Shown here piece after piece: positions 27,936 through 38,580 of a stretch of DNA of 64,000 nt; position 1 is the first letter of the stretch; each line of letters begins with the position of its first letter. Below the pieces are notes generated by a model. The model was given only the letters and a program-made list of their open reading frames with translations, had not been told where the DNA came from and did no database searches. Both the position numbers and the translations under genes were made by a program. This stretch comes from Petropleomorpha daqingensis (GTDB taxonomy: Bacteria > Actinomycetota > Actinomycetes > Mycobacteriales > Geodermatophilaceae), in NCBI RefSeq assembly GCF_013408985.1, contig NZ_JACBZT010000001.1, forward strand, positions 3,797,197 through 3,861,196, written 5' to 3'.

Positions 27936-28884
27936 GGTCCGCGGCCAGCCCCGCCCCGCGCGCGGCGAGCACGTCGGCGTTCACCCGGCGGTCGCCGGAC
28001 CCGCGGAGGACGAGCTGCGGCACGCCCGCGGCCAGCGCGGTGAGCAGGGTGCCGGCCCCGCCGTGGTGGACGATCCCGGCCGCGGCGGGGAGCACCTGCG
28101 GGAACGGCAGCCATCCCGTCGTCGCGACGTTCGGCGGGAGCTGCCGCCTGGTCACCCAGCGGTCCGGCCGGACCAGGACGACGTCGAGGTCGGTGCCGCC
28201 GGCCGCGTCGGCGACGGTGCTCATCAGCCGGTCGCGGAACGGGTCGTCGACGGTGCTCCGGCTGACCAGCACGCGCGGCCGCTCACCGGGGCGGGCGTAG
28301 GTCTCGTCGAACGGCCGATCCGGTGCGAAGCCGATGAAGCGCATCGGCCGCCCGCGCGCCCCGCCGACCAGGCTCGGCGGCACGGAGCTGAGGATCTCGG
28401 TCGGTGCCGGCAGCCCGGGCTGGTAGGCCGCGAGCACGGCGGCGAACAGCGCGGGGGTGTCGACCAGCAGCGCGTCCACGAGCACCGAGGGGATGCTGCG
28501 GTACCTGGCGACGCCGGACGCCGCGCCGGCGAGCGGCTCGTGCAGCACCAGGTCGGGGCGGAACCGGTCGGCCAGGTCCCGCAGCCCGCCGGCCATCCGG
28601 TGGTTGACCGGTGCCCACAGCAGGGCGCCGGTACGGATCTCGTCCCGGCCGGCCATCGCCTCGCGCGACAGCCGAGGGTGCCGGGCGAGGAAGCGCAGGA
28701 ACAGCGGCATCATCCGCAGGCGTGGGGCGACGTCCGCCGTCGTCAGGTCCGGCGGGCAGACGCCCAGCGCTTCCCCCGCCGTGCCGACGACGACCTCGTG
28801 GCCGGCGTCCCGCAGGGCGCGGGCGATCGGGACCAGGGGCAGCAGGTGGCCGGTCAGCGGCGCGGCGACGACGAGGACGCGCAT
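27778..28884 (-). CDS. glycosyltransferase, GT1 family (MGT / UDP-glycosyltransferase-like)
   Basis: MRVLVVAAPLTGHLLPLVPIARAL N-terminus and C-terminal HHGGAGT nucleotide-sugar binding motif. Confidence 0.8.
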   Translation of the reverse strand: MRVLVVAAPLTGHLLPLVPIARALRDAGHEVVVGTAGEALGVCPPDLTTADVAPRLRMMPLFLRFLARHPRLSREAMAGRDEIRTGALLWAPVNHRMAGGLRDLADRFRPDLVLHEPLAGAASGVARYRSIPSVLVDALLVDTPALFAAVLAAYQPGLPAPTEILSSVPPSLVGGARGRPMRFIGFAPDRPFDETYARPGERPRVLVSRSTVDDPFRDRLMSTVADAAGGTDLDVVLVRPDRWVTRRQLPPNVATTGWLPFPQVLPAAAGIVHHGGAGTLLTALAAGVPQLVLRGSGDRRVNADVLAARGAGLAADLSDLSPALLERLVSDAALTAAAREVAAEMAAMPHPTEVVPVLEQLAARVPGR

Positions 28885-28935
28885 GCCGCGCGACCCTGGC
28901 CCGGTGCCGGTTGCGGCACAAGGCAGTCCGGTGCG

Positions 28936-29766
28936 CTACTCGAAGCTGTGCTCCGGGCCCGGGAAGGTGCCGGTGCGGACGTCCTCGGCGTACTCGCGGG
29001 CCGCACGCAGCAGTTCGGCGCGCAGGTCCGCGTACTTCTTGACGAACCGCGGCACCTTGCCGCCGGTGAACCCGGCCATGTCGGGCCAGACCAGCACCTG
29101 CGCGTCGCAGTCCGCGCCGGCACCGATGCCGATCGTCGGGATCGACAGCTCCTTGGTCACCTGGGCGGCCAGCTCGGCCGGCACCATCTCCAGGACGACG
29201 GCGAACGCCCCGGCGTCCTGCACCGCCTGCGCGTCGGCCATCAGCTGGTCGGCGCCGGCCCCGCGCCCCTGCACCCGGAACCCGCCCAGGGCGTGCTCGC
29301 TCTGCGGCGTGAACCCGATGTGCGCCATGACCGGGATGCCGTTCTCGGTGAGCAGCTTGATCTGCGGCGCCACCCGGATGCCGCCCTCGAGCTTGACCGC
29401 CTGCGCGCCGCCCTCCTTCATCAGCCTCATGGCGTTCTCGAGCGCCTGGGTCGGCCCGGCCTCGTACGTGCCGAACGGCATGTCGCCGACCACCAGCACC
29501 CGCTTGGTCGAACGGGTGACCGCCTTGGTCAGCAGCAGGATGTCGTCGAGGGTCACCGGCACCGTGCTCGAGTAGCCCAGGACGACGTTGCCCGCGGAGT
29601 CGCCGACGAGCAGCACCGGGATGCCGGCCTCCTCGAACACCGCGGCGCTGTTGGTGTCGTACGCGGTGAGCATCGCCCACTTCTCACCGCGCTCCTTGGC
29701 CTGCTGCAGGTGGTGGATGCGCACCCGGGCCGTCGACTGCCCGCCGTAGAGGACGCTTTCGCTCAT
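28936..29766 (-). CDS. panB: 3-methyl-2-oxobutanoate hydroxymethyltransferase
   Basis: Characteristic sequence throughout (MLTAYD ... [15 protein letters not shown] ... GGFRVQGR). Confidence 0.9.
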   Translation of the reverse strand: MSESVLYGGQSTARVRIHHLQQAKERGEKWAMLTAYDTNSAAVFEEAGIPVLLVGDSAGNVVLGYSSTVPVTLDDILLLTKAVTRSTKRVLVVGDMPFGTYEAGPTQALENAMRLMKEGGAQAVKLEGGIRVAPQIKLLTENGIPVMAHIGFTPQSEHALGGFRVQGRGAGADQLMADAQAVQDAGAFAVVLEMVPAELAAQVTKELSIPTIGIGAGADCDAQVLVWPDMAGFTGGKVPRFVKKYADLRAELLRAAREYAEDVRTGTFPGPEHSFE

Positions 29767-31598
29767 GACTGTGCAGCCGCTCCTTCGCGGACGCTGGGCA
29801 GGCTCTCCCGCCAGCGGTTGGTGATCGGCAGGCGCCGGTCACGGCCGAACGCCTTCCGGGAGATCTTCGTCCCCGGCGCGGACTGGCGGCGCTTGAACTC
29901 GGCGATGTCCACCAACCGGAGGACCTTCGCCACCACCTCGGGGTCGTGCCCGCGCTCGAGCAGCTCGGCCATGCCGAGGTCGTTGTCGACGTAGTCGCCG
30001 ATCACCGCGTCGAGCTCGTCGTAGGAGGGCAGCGAGTCGGAGTCCTTCTGCCCGGGCGCGAGCTCGGCCGACGGCGGCTTCTCGATCGAGTTCTGCGGGA
30101 TCGGCTCGGTCTCGCCGTTCTTCAGCGCCTCGGCGTTGCGCCACCGGGCCAGCTCCCACACCAGCGTCTTCGGCACGTCCTTGATCGGTGCGAACCCGCC
30201 GGCCGCGTCTCCGTAGAGGGTGGAGTAGCCGACCGCCGCCTCGCTCTTGTTGCTGGTGGCGAGCAAAAGGTGCCCGTGCTGGTTGGACAGCCCCATGAGC
30301 AGCGTCCCGCGGATCCGCGCCTGCAGGTTCTCCGCCGCGACGCCGGTGAGCTCGATCTGACCCTCGAAGCCCTCGACGATCGGCGCGATCGGCACGACCG
30401 AGTAGTGCAGCCCGAGCCGCTTCGCGAGGTCCTCGGCGTCGGACAGCGAGTGCTCGCTCGACCACTTCGACGGCAGCCCGACGCCGTAGACGCGGTCGGC
30501 GCCGAGCCCGTCGACGGCGATCGTGGCGACCAGCGCCGAGTCGATGCCGCCGGACAGGCCGAGGATCACCGAGGGCATGCCGTTCTTGTCGATGAAGTCC
30601 TTGAGGCCCAGCACGAGCGCCCGCCAGACCTCCGCGCAGTCCGACAGCGGCTCGGCGATCGAGCTCGGCTGCGCCTCGAACGGCGCCACCGGCTCGTCGG
30701 AGAGCACGGTGCGGGTGACCGTCATGGGCCCGATCCGGCCCTCTCGGCGCTCGGGCACGGCGGCCGGGTCGAACGTCAGGTCGGCGGTCATCAGGTGCTC
30801 GACGAACTGGGGCGCGCGGGCCAGCAGCTCGCCGTCGCCGAGGACCACCATCGAGTCGCCGTCGAAGACCAGCTCGTCCTGCCCGCCGACCTGGTTGCAG
30901 TAGACGACCGGCGCGTGCGCCTCGGCGGCCCGGCGGCGCACCAGCGGCAGCCGCAGGTCGTCCTTGGCCCGCTCGTACGGCGAGGCGTTGGGGGAGACGA
31001 CCAGGTCGACGCCGGCCTGCCCGGCCACGCCGCACGGGCCGCCCTCGACCCAGAGGTCCTCGCAGATGGTCAGCGCGACGTCGGCCCCGTGCAGCCGCAC
31101 GATCTGCAGCTCGTTGCCCGGCACGAAGTAGCGCGCCTCGTCGAAGACGCCGTAGTTGGGCAGGTGCCGCTTGTAGTAGCGGACGACGACCTCGCCGCCG
31201 TAGAGCAGAGCGGCGGCGTTGCGCGGTGCCCCGCGGCGGGGGTTGGCGTCGGCGGGCCGGTCGTCGTCGGTCGGCGGTGCGTCGACCGGGGCCGGGCCCA
31301 CCCCCTCGGTGTGCGCCAGGTACCCGACGACGACGGCGGTGCCGCCCAGGCCCTGCCGCTCGAGGTCGGCCGCGAGGTCGACCAGCGCCCGCTCGCTCGC
31401 CTTCGCGAACGACTCGCGCAGGACGAGGTCCTCCGGCGGATAGCCGGTCAGCGTCATCTCCGGGAAGACGACGAGGTGGGCACCGGCGTCCTGGGCCCGG
31501 CGCGTCCACCCGAGCACGAGGTCCGCGTTGCCCGACAGGTCACCGACGCGGGTGTCGACCTGGGCCAGGGCCACCCGCAGCTGCACCGGCTCGCTCAT
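29763..31598 (-). CDS. nadE: glutamine-dependent NAD+ synthetase
   Basis: N-terminal nitrilase-like CN hydrolase domain ([12 protein letters not shown], catalytic C in TICEDLW) plus C-terminal NAD synthetase domain (SGGIDS PP-loop). Confidence 0.9.
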   Translation of the reverse strand: MSEPVQLRVALAQVDTRVGDLSGNADLVLGWTRRAQDAGAHLVVFPEMTLTGYPPEDLVLRESFAKASERALVDLAADLERQGLGGTAVVVGYLAHTEGVGPAPVDAPPTDDDRPADANPRRGAPRNAAALLYGGEVVVRYYKRHLPNYGVFDEARYFVPGNELQIVRLHGADVALTICEDLWVEGGPCGVAGQAGVDLVVSPNASPYERAKDDLRLPLVRRRAAEAHAPVVYCNQVGGQDELVFDGDSMVVLGDGELLARAPQFVEHLMTADLTFDPAAVPERREGRIGPMTVTRTVLSDEPVAPFEAQPSSIAEPLSDCAEVWRALVLGLKDFIDKNGMPSVILGLSGGIDSALVATIAVDGLGADRVYGVGLPSKWSSEHSLSDAEDLAKRLGLHYSVVPIAPIVEGFEGQIELTGVAAENLQARIRGTLLMGLSNQHGHLLLATSNKSEAAVGYSTLYGDAAGGFAPIKDVPKTLVWELARWRNAEALKNGETEPIPQNSIEKPPSAELAPGQKDSDSLPSYDELDAVIGDYVDNDLGMAELLERGHDPEVVAKVLRLVDIAEFKRRQSAPGTKISRKAFGRDRRLPITNRWRESLPSVREGAAAQS

Positions 31599-32407
31599 GC
31601 ATCCAGTCTCGTCGTCCGGGCCGGCACGCGGCCATCCGGGGCCGGGTCGGGCGGCGTCGACCGCTCCAGGAAGCGCAGCAGCTCGACCGGGAAGGGCAGG
31701 ACGACGGTCGAGTTCTTCTCCGCGGCCACCTCGACCATGGTCTGCAGCAGGCGCAGCTGCCGCGCGCTCGGCTGGGTGGCCATGACCCGGGCGGCCTCGG
31801 CCAGCTTCTCCGACGCCTGCAGCTCGCCCTCGGCGGTGATCACCCGCGACCGGCGCTCGCGCTCGGCCTCGGCCTGGCGGGACATCGACCGCTTCATCGA
31901 CTCGGGCAGGACGACGTCCTTGATGTCCACCCGGTCGATGTGGATGCCCCAGTCCACCGCGGGGTTGTCCAGCATCAGCTCGAGGCCCTGGTTGAGCCGC
32001 TCCCGGTTGGACAGCAGGTCGTCGAGGTCGCTCTTGCCGATGATCGAGCGCAGCGAGGCCTGCGCCACCTGCTCGATCGCCGCCTCGTAGTTCTGCACCC
32101 CGACCACGACCCGCACCGAGTCGTAGACCTTGTAGTAGACGACGGCGTCGACCTTGACGGTGACGTTGTCGCGGGTGATGCCCTCCTGGGCCGGCACCGG
32201 CATCGTGACGACCTGCATGTTCACCTTGTGCAACCGGTCGGCGGCCGGGGCGAGCAGCGTCAGTCCCGGACCGCGGGGCTGGCCGTGCAGCTTCCCGAAG
32301 CGCAGCACGACGCCCTGCTCGAACTGGTCGATCACCCGGATGCTCGCGCCGGCGAGGACCACGGCGAGCAGCACCACGATCGCGACGATTGCGAGAACGA
32401 CGTCCAT
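31595..32407 (-). CDS. SPFH/band-7 (stomatin-like) membrane protein
   Basis: N-terminal TM helix then SPFH domain (FEQGVVLRFGK ... ITRDNVTVKVDAVVYYKV). ATG at 32407 chosen. Confidence 0.8.
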   Translation of the reverse strand: MDVVLAIVAIVVLLAVVLAGASIRVIDQFEQGVVLRFGKLHGQPRGPGLTLLAPAADRLHKVNMQVVTMPVPAQEGITRDNVTVKVDAVVYYKVYDSVRVVVGVQNYEAAIEQVAQASLRSIIGKSDLDDLLSNRERLNQGLELMLDNPAVDWGIHIDRVDIKDVVLPESMKRSMSRQAEAERERRSRVITAEGELQASEKLAEAARVMATQPSARQLRLLQTMVEVAAEKNSTVVLPFPVELLRFLERSTPPDPAPDGRVPARTTRLDA

Positions 32408-32610
32408 CTCGCCCTCCGCCACCCGCGCCGGCGGGGGACGTGCGGGTCGCGCCCGTGCCGCGGCGCCCTTGCCGATGGCCTCCTTCATGCTAGGTCGCGG
32501 ATGACACTCCGTGCTGGTGGGCGGGCGGATGCGGCGTCCTCACCCGGAAGAGGGCAGGCTGGGCACCGGCAACCGGCGACGTCACACAGAGGAAACGAGC
32601 GAACGGGATC

Positions 32611-33960
32611 ATGGCGAGCATGGACCGACAGCAGGAGTTCGTCCTGCGGACCCTCGAGGAACGCGACATCCGCTTCGTGCGGCTGTGGTTCACCGACGTC
32701 TCCGGCTACCTGAAGGCGGTGGCCGTCGCGCCGGCCGAGATCGAGGCGGCGTTCGCCGAGGGCATCGGCTTCGACGGCTCGGCGATCGAGGGCTTCGCGC
32801 GCGTCTACGAGTCCGACATGCTCGCCAAGCCCGACCCGGGCACGTTCCAGGTGATGCCCGCGCGCGAGGGGCGGCCGAGCGACACCGCGCGGATGTTCTG
32901 CGACATCTCGCTGCCCGACGGCTCGCCGGCCTGGGCCGACCCGCGGCACGTGCTGCGCCGCACGCTCGGCAAGGCCGCCGACATGGGCTTCACCTTCTAC
33001 ACCCACCCCGAGGTCGAGTTCTTCCTGCTCAAGAACCTGCCGACCGACGGCAGCGCGCCCGAGCCGGCCGACACCGGCGGCTACTTCGACCTGTCCACGC
33101 ACAACGTGGCCCACGACTTCCGCCGCGAGGCCGTGTTCGCGCTCGAGGCGATGGGCATCTCGGTGGAGTTCAGCCACCACGAGGTCTCGCCGGGGCAGCA
33201 GGAGATCGACCTGCGCTACGCCGACGCGCTGTCGATGGCCGACAACATCATGACGCTGCGGCACGTCGTCCGTGAGGTCGCGCTGGCCCAGGGCGTGCAC
33301 GCGACGTTCATGCCCAAGCCGTTCACCGACCTGTCCGGCTCGGCGATGCACACCCACCTGTCGCTGTTCGAGGGCGACCGCAACGCCTTCCACGACGCGG
33401 CCGACCCGATCCGGCTGTCGACGACGGGCAAGCAGTTCATCGCCGGCCTGCTCACCCACGCCCGCGAGTTCACCGCGATCACCAACCAGACGGTGAACTC
33501 CTACCGGCGGCTGCTGGCCGGCACCGAGGCGCCGACCGCGGTCACCTGGGGCCGCGCGAACCGCTCGGCGCTGGTGCGCATCCCGTCGTACAAGCCGTCG
33601 AAGGCGAACTCGGCGCGGGTCGAGGTCCGCTCGCCGGACTCCGCGTGCAACCCGTACCTGACCTTCGCCGTGCTGCTGGCCGCCGGGCTGCGCGGAATCG
33701 AGAAGGGCTACGAGCTGCCGCCCGAGGCCGAGGACGACGTCTGGTCGCTCACCGACACCGAGCGCCGCGCCGCCGGCTACGAGGACCTGCCGGTGTCCCT
33801 CGGCGAGGCGCTGACCGCGATGGAGAGCAGCGAGCTGGTCGCCGAGACCCTCGGCGAGCACGTGTTCGACTTCTTCCTGCGCAACAAGAAGGAGGAGTTC
33901 GCCTCCTACCGGCAGAACGTCACGCCCTTCGAGCTCCAGCGCTACCTCCCCGGCCTGTAG
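32611..33960 (+). CDS. glnA2: glutamine synthetase, GlnA2-type (GS type I family)
   Basis: Full-length GS catalytic domain, and synteny with glnE downstream as in other actinobacteria. Confidence 0.85.
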   Translation: MASMDRQQEFVLRTLEERDIRFVRLWFTDVSGYLKAVAVAPAEIEAAFAEGIGFDGSAIEGFARVYESDMLAKPDPGTFQVMPAREGRPSDTARMFCDISLPDGSPAWADPRHVLRRTLGKAADMGFTFYTHPEVEFFLLKNLPTDGSAPEPADTGGYFDLSTHNVAHDFRREAVFALEAMGISVEFSHHEVSPGQQEIDLRYADALSMADNIMTLRHVVREVALAQGVHATFMPKPFTDLSGSAMHTHLSLFEGDRNAFHDAADPIRLSTTGKQFIAGLLTHAREFTAITNQTVNSYRRLLAGTEAPTAVTWGRANRSALVRIPSYKPSKANSARVEVRSPDSACNPYLTFAVLLAAGLRGIEKGYELPPEAEDDVWSLTDTERRAAGYEDLPVSLGEALTAMESSELVAETLGEHVFDFFLRNKKEEFASYRQNVTPFELQRYLPGL

Positions 33961-34006
33961 GTGGTTTCGCGCGCTTAACCGCGCGCGGTTAAGCGCGCGA
34001 AACCAC
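33961..34006. repeat. perfect 46-bp palindrome immediately after the glnA2 stop codon (terminator or operator candidate)
   Basis: GTGGTTTCGCGCGCTTAACCGCGCGCGGTTAAGCGCGCGAAACCAC is identical to its reverse complement (checked base by base). Confidence 0.8.
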
Positions 34007-34048
34007 GAGGGACCGGGGTCCGCGGCGGGGGCCATTACGCTCGATCGC

Positions 34049-34798
34049 GTGTCCAGCACCGGCCGTCTGCTCGTCGTCGTCCCCAGCCGCACCGATCCGC
34101 CGGCCAAGCTGGGGGAGTGGCTGCGCGCGGCCGGCATGGAGCTCGACGAGCGGTACGTGCGCGCCGGTGAGGGGGACGACGACCTCCCCGCGACCCTCGA
34201 CGGCTTCGACGGCCTCGTCGTCCTGGGCGGCCCGCAGTCGGCGCTGGACGACGCCGACGAGAGCCCCGAGCTGGTCGGCGTCCGGAACGTGCTGCGGACG
34301 GCGCTCGCGGCCGACTTCCCGACCCTGGCGGTCTGCCTCGGCGCGCAGCTGCTCGCCGACGTCGGCGGCGGCCGGGTGCGCGAGGGCGTCGACGGCCCCG
34401 AGGTCGGCGCGCTGCTCGTGGCCAAGCGCGACGTGGCCGACCACGACCCCCTGTTCGCGCCCCTGCCGATGACCCCCGACGTCATCCAGTTCCACCACGA
34501 CGAGATCTCGCAGCTGCCCACCGGCGCGACGCTGCTGGCCAGCAGCCCGATGTACGCCCACCAGGCCTACCGCGTGGGGCGGCACGTCTACGGCATCCAG
34601 TTCCACATCGAGACGACGCCGGAGATCGTCGCCGAGTGGGCCGAGCGGGACGTCGTCGGCGTCGCCGCCACCCCGTTCACCCGCGAGGAGATCACCGAGC
34701 GCACCACCGCCGCGCACCCGGACATCGAGCAGGTCTGGGCACCCTTCGCCGCCCGCTTCGCCGAGCTCGTCCGCTCCGCCGCGCAACGGGCCGCATGA
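34049..34798 (+). CDS. class I glutamine amidotransferase-like protein
   Basis: GATase1 motifs (nucleophile Cys in AVCLGAQLL, His/Glu in IQFHIETTPE). Confidence 0.75.
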   Translation: MSSTGRLLVVVPSRTDPPAKLGEWLRAAGMELDERYVRAGEGDDDLPATLDGFDGLVVLGGPQSALDDADESPELVGVRNVLRTALAADFPTLAVCLGAQLLADVGGGRVREGVDGPEVGALLVAKRDVADHDPLFAPLPMTPDVIQFHHDEISQLPTGATLLASSPMYAHQAYRVGRHVYGIQFHIETTPEIVAEWAERDVVGVAATPFTREEITERTTAAHPDIEQVWAPFAARFAELVRSAAQRAA

Positions 34799-37700
34799 GC
34801 AGCCCTGGCGCCCCGGAGGTGCCGCGGCGGGCCGTCGTCCGGCTGGCCCGCTTCGGTTTCGAGGACGGCGAGCGCGCCGCCCGGCTGCTGTCGGACCCGT
34901 CGCTCGGGCTGTGGGACCTCGAGCGCAACGAGCCCGCCGACCCCGAGGCCGGGCCCGTCGTGAGCGCGCTGGCCCGCGCCGGCGATCCCGACCTCGCCGT
35001 CCGCTCGCTGCACCGGCTGATCGAGGCCCTCGACCGGGCCGATCCGAGTGGCGGCTCGGCCGCCGCGCTGCTGGCCCGCCTGCGCGGCTCCGGCCCGCTG
35101 CGGATGCGGCTGCTCTCCCTCCTCGGGGCCAGCGCCGGGCTGGCCGACCACCTCGCGGCCCACCCCGGTGACTGGACCGTCCTGGACGCCGACGACCGCG
35201 GCGCCGTCCGGCCCACCGCGCACGCCCTCGAGCGGCAGATGCTGGTCGCGGTCGGCGCCGACCCCGACGACCCGCCGTGGGGGGTGCGCATCGGCAAGGC
35301 CGCGCCGGACGCCGCGCCCGACCGGGTCACCGACCTGCGGCTGGCCTACCGCCGCGCGCTGGTCTCCCTGGCCGGTCGCGACCTGGGGGAGAACCTCTCC
35401 GCCGAGGACGTCGCCGGCGAGCTGGCCGACATCGCCGCCGCCGTGCTCAACGCCGCGCTGGCCATCGCCGTCGCCGAGCAGCCCGCCGACGCCGCCGCGT
35501 GCCGGTTGGCCGTCATCGGCCTGGGCAAGTGCGGTGGCCGCGAGCTCAACTACGTCAGCGACGTCGACGTCGTCTTCGTCGCCGAGCCGGTCGACCCGAC
35601 CGACCCGGAGGCCCCCGCCCTCCAGAGCGCCACCCGCGTGGCCACCGCCCTGCTGCGGATCTGCCGCGAGGCCGCCTGGGAGGTCGACGCGGCGCTGCGG
35701 CCCGAGGGCAAGGCCGGCGCCCTGGTGCGCACGCTCAAGGGCCACACCAGCTACTACGAGCAGTGGGCGAGCACCTGGGAGTTCCAGGCGCTGCTGAAGA
35801 TGCGCCCGGTCGCCGGCGACCCCGACCTCGGCCGCTCCTACGTCGAGGCGCTGTGGCCGTTGGTGTGGAAGGCCGGCGACCGTCCCGGCTTCGTCGGCGA
35901 GGTGCAGGCGATGCGCCGCCGGGTCGAGGAGAACATCCCCCCGGCGCAGGCCGACCGCGAGCTCAAGCTGGGCCGCGGTGGGCTGCGCGACGTCGAGTTC
36001 GCCGTCCAGCTGCTGCAGCTCGTGCACGGCCGGGCCGACCCGACCCTGCGGGTCGGCGGCACGCTGCCCGCGCTGATGGCGCTGCGCGCCGGCGGCTACG
36101 TCGGCCGGGACGACGCCGACACCCTCATCGCCTCCTACCGGTTCCTGCGCACCGTCGAGCACCGGCTGCAGCTGCTCCGGATGCGCCGCACCCACCTGCT
36201 GCCCACCGACGAGCAGCAGCTGCGGTGGCTGGCCCGCGCGCTCGGCTACAAACCCGACCACCGCGGGGACGCCGTCGCCGTGCTGCGTGCCGAGCTGGCG
36301 CTGCACAACCGGGAGGTCCGGCGGCTGCACGAGAAGCTCTTCTACCGCCCGCTGCTGTCCGCCGTGGCCCGCGTGCCCGGCGAGCAGCTGCAGCTGGGGT
36401 CGAAGGCGGCCGGCGAGTGGCTGCGCGCGCTGGGCTTCACCGATCCGGAGGGCGCGCTGCGGCACATGGCGGCGCTGACCGGCGGGGTGTCCCGCTCGGC
36501 GTCGATGCAGAAGTACCTGCTGCCGGTGCTGCTGCAGACCTTCGCCTCGTGCGCCGACCCGGACGCCGGCCTGCTGGCCTACCGCCGGGTCAGCGAGGCG
36601 CTCGGCGGCAACCAGTGGTTCCTGCGGCTGCTGCGCGACGAGGGCTCCGTCGCCGAGCGGCTGGCCGTGCTGCTCGGCTCCAGCCAGTACGTCGCCGGGC
36701 TGCTCACCCGGACGCCGGAGGCGCTGAAGATCCTCGCCGACGACGCCGAGCTCGAGCCGCGGAGCGCCGCCGCCCTGGCCGGGGCGATGCGCGCGGCGGC
36801 CGGGCGGGCCGCGGATCCGCAGGAGGGCATCCGGGTCGTCCGCGGGCTGCGCCGCCAGGAGCTGCTCCGCGTCGCCTGCGCCGACCTGCTCGGCCGGCTC
36901 GACGTCGTCCGGGTGGGCCGTGCGCTGACCGACATCGCCGTCGCCACCCTGCAGGCGGGGCTGGACGTCGCGCTGCGGGCGCACGTGGACGAGACCGGCA
37001 CCGACGTGCCGGTCGACTTCGCGATCATCGGCATGGGGCGCCTCGGCGGGTCGGAGATGGGCTACGGCTCGGACGCCGACGTGCTGTTCGTGCACCGGCC
37101 GCGGGACGGCGCCGACGAGGGCAAGGCCGCGACAGCCGCCAACGCGATCGCCGCCACGCTGAGGCGGCTGCTCGGCGAGCCCGCGCCGGACCCGGCGTTC
37201 GAGATCGACGCCGACCTCCGGCCGGAGGGCAAGAAGGGCGCGCTGGTCCGCAGCCTCGACGCGTTCCGCGAGTACTACGAGCGCTGGGTCGACGTCTGGG
37301 AGATCCAGGCGCTGCTGCGGGCCGTGCCGGTGGCCGGCGACGAGGACCTCGGCCGCGCGTTCGTCGCGCTCGTCGACCCGCTGCGCTACCCCGACGGCGG
37401 GCTCTCGGCCGAGCAGGTTGCCGAGATCCGGCGGATCAAGGCGCGCGTGGAGCGGGAGCGGCTGCCCCGCGGCGCCGACCCGGCCACGCACACCAAGCTG
37501 GGCCGCGGCGGGCTGGCCGACGTCGAGTGGACCGTCCAGGTGCTGCAGCTGCAGCACGGCGCGAAGGACCCCGACCTGCGGGTGACCACCACGATCGACG
37601 CCCTCGCCGTCCTGGCCGAGAACGGCGAGCTCACCGGGGAGCAGGCGGGCGCCCTGCAGGCGGCCTGGGAGCTGGCCAGCCGGGCGCGCAACGCGATCTT

Positions 37701-37878
37701 CCTGGTGCGCGGGCGGCCCAGCGACCAGCTGCCCCGCGCCGGGCTCGAGCTGGCCGGCGTCGCGCGGGCCTGCGGCTACGGTCCGGACGTGGATCCCGGC
37801 CAGTTCGTCGACGACTACCGCCGCACGACCCGGCACGCCCGCACGGTCGTCGACCAGGTCTTCTACGGGCAGGCGTGA
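34795..37878 (+). CDS. glnE: bifunctional glutamine synthetase adenylyltransferase / adenylyl-removing enzyme
   Basis: Two nucleotidyltransferase domains (GKCGGRELNYVSDVD and GRLGGSEMGYGSDAD), ~1027 aa. ATGA overlap with the upstream gene. Confidence 0.9.
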   Translation: MSSPGAPEVPRRAVVRLARFGFEDGERAARLLSDPSLGLWDLERNEPADPEAGPVVSALARAGDPDLAVRSLHRLIEALDRADPSGGSAAALLARLRGSGPLRMRLLSLLGASAGLADHLAAHPGDWTVLDADDRGAVRPTAHALERQMLVAVGADPDDPPWGVRIGKAAPDAAPDRVTDLRLAYRRALVSLAGRDLGENLSAEDVAGELADIAAAVLNAALAIAVAEQPADAAACRLAVIGLGKCGGRELNYVSDVDVVFVAEPVDPTDPEAPALQSATRVATALLRICREAAWEVDAALRPEGKAGALVRTLKGHTSYYEQWASTWEFQALLKMRPVAGDPDLGRSYVEALWPLVWKAGDRPGFVGEVQAMRRRVEENIPPAQADRELKLGRGGLRDVEFAVQLLQLVHGRADPTLRVGGTLPALMALRAGGYVGRDDADTLIASYRFLRTVEHRLQLLRMRRTHLLPTDEQQLRWLARALGYKPDHRGDAVAVLRAELALHNREVRRLHEKLFYRPLLSAVARVPGEQLQLGSKAAGEWLRALGFTDPEGALRHMAALTGGVSRSASMQKYLLPVLLQTFASCADPDAGLLAYRRVSEALGGNQWFLRLLRDEGSVAERLAVLLGSSQYVAGLLTRTPEALKILADDAELEPRSAAALAGAMRAAAGRAADPQEGIRVVRGLRRQELLRVACADLLGRLDVVRVGRALTDIAVATLQAGLDVALRAHVDETGTDVPVDFAIIGMGRLGGSEMGYGSDADVLFVHRPRDGADEGKAATAANAIAATLRRLLGEPAPDPAFEIDADLRPEGKKGALVRSLDAFREYYERWVDVWEIQALLRAVPVAGDEDLGRAFVALVDPLRYPDGGLSAEQVAEIRRIKARVERERLPRGADPATHTKLGRGGLADVEWTVQVLQLQHGAKDPDLRVTTTIDALAVLAENGELTGEQAGALQAAWELASRARNAIFLVRGRPSDQLPRAGLELAGVARACGYGPDVDPGQFVDDYRRTTRHARTVVDQVFYGQA

Positions 37879-37879
37879 C

Positions 37880-38497
37880 GTGTACGTGCCCGCGCACTTC
37901 GCCGCGCCCGACGACGCGCTCGACCAGCTGCTCGCCGCCCCCGGCGCGGTCGACCTGGTCAGCACCACCGCCGGCGGGCTGACCGCGACGACGCTGCCGA
38001 TGCTCCACGACCCGGCCGCCGGCACGCTGGCCGGCCACCTGGCGCGGACCAATCCGCAGTGGCGGGACAGCGTCGGCGACGTCCTGGTCATCGTGCGCGG
38101 GCCGGACGCCTACGTCTCGCCGGCCTGGTACGCCAGCAAGGCCGAGCACGGCCGCGTCGTCCCGACCTGGGACTACGTGCTCGCGCACGTGCACGGCGAG
38201 CTCGTCGTCCACGACGACGTCGACTGGCTCGCCGCGCACGTCCGCCGGCTCACCGCTACCCACGAGAGCGCACGGCCGGAGCCGTGGACCGTGTCCGACG
38301 CGCCGGAGAAGTACGTCGCCGGCCAGCTGCGGGCGATCGTGGGCGTCGAGGTGCGGATCCGCCGGGTCGAGGCGAAGTGGAAGCTCTCGCAGAACCGGCC
38401 CGGCGCCGACATCGACGGCGTGGTCGCGGGCCTCACCGCCGACGGGCGTCCGGACGTCGCCGCGGCGGTGCAGGCGGCCCGCCCCGCGGATCGCTAA
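37880..38497 (+). CDS. FMN-binding negative transcriptional regulator, PaiB family
   Basis: PaiB-family sequence (MYVPAHFA ... LPMLHD ... HVHGEL ... KLSQNRP). GTG start 2 bp after the glnE stop. Confidence 0.75.
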   Translation: MYVPAHFAAPDDALDQLLAAPGAVDLVSTTAGGLTATTLPMLHDPAAGTLAGHLARTNPQWRDSVGDVLVIVRGPDAYVSPAWYASKAEHGRVVPTWDYVLAHVHGELVVHDDVDWLAAHVRRLTATHESARPEPWTVSDAPEKYVAGQLRAIVGVEVRIRRVEAKWKLSQNRPGADIDGVVAGLTADGRPDVAAAVQAARPADR

Positions 38498-38580
38498 ACG
38501 GAGCGGTACCGCAAAGGCTCTGGCGTGTCGCGCCGTAGGGGGCCAACCTGGGCGGCGACCCGAACCGTTGGAGGTCCGCC

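Noticed and set aside
32485-34521. 678-aa minus-strand ORF
   Set aside because: Antisense to glnA2, which has a highly recognisable glutamine-synthetase catalytic-domain sequence.
34588-38091. 1167-aa minus-strand ORF and nested plus-strand ORFs 35048..35797, 35277..37982
   Set aside because: Antisense or out-of-frame to glnE. They carry no motifs and have repetitive Arg/Pro/Gly composition.
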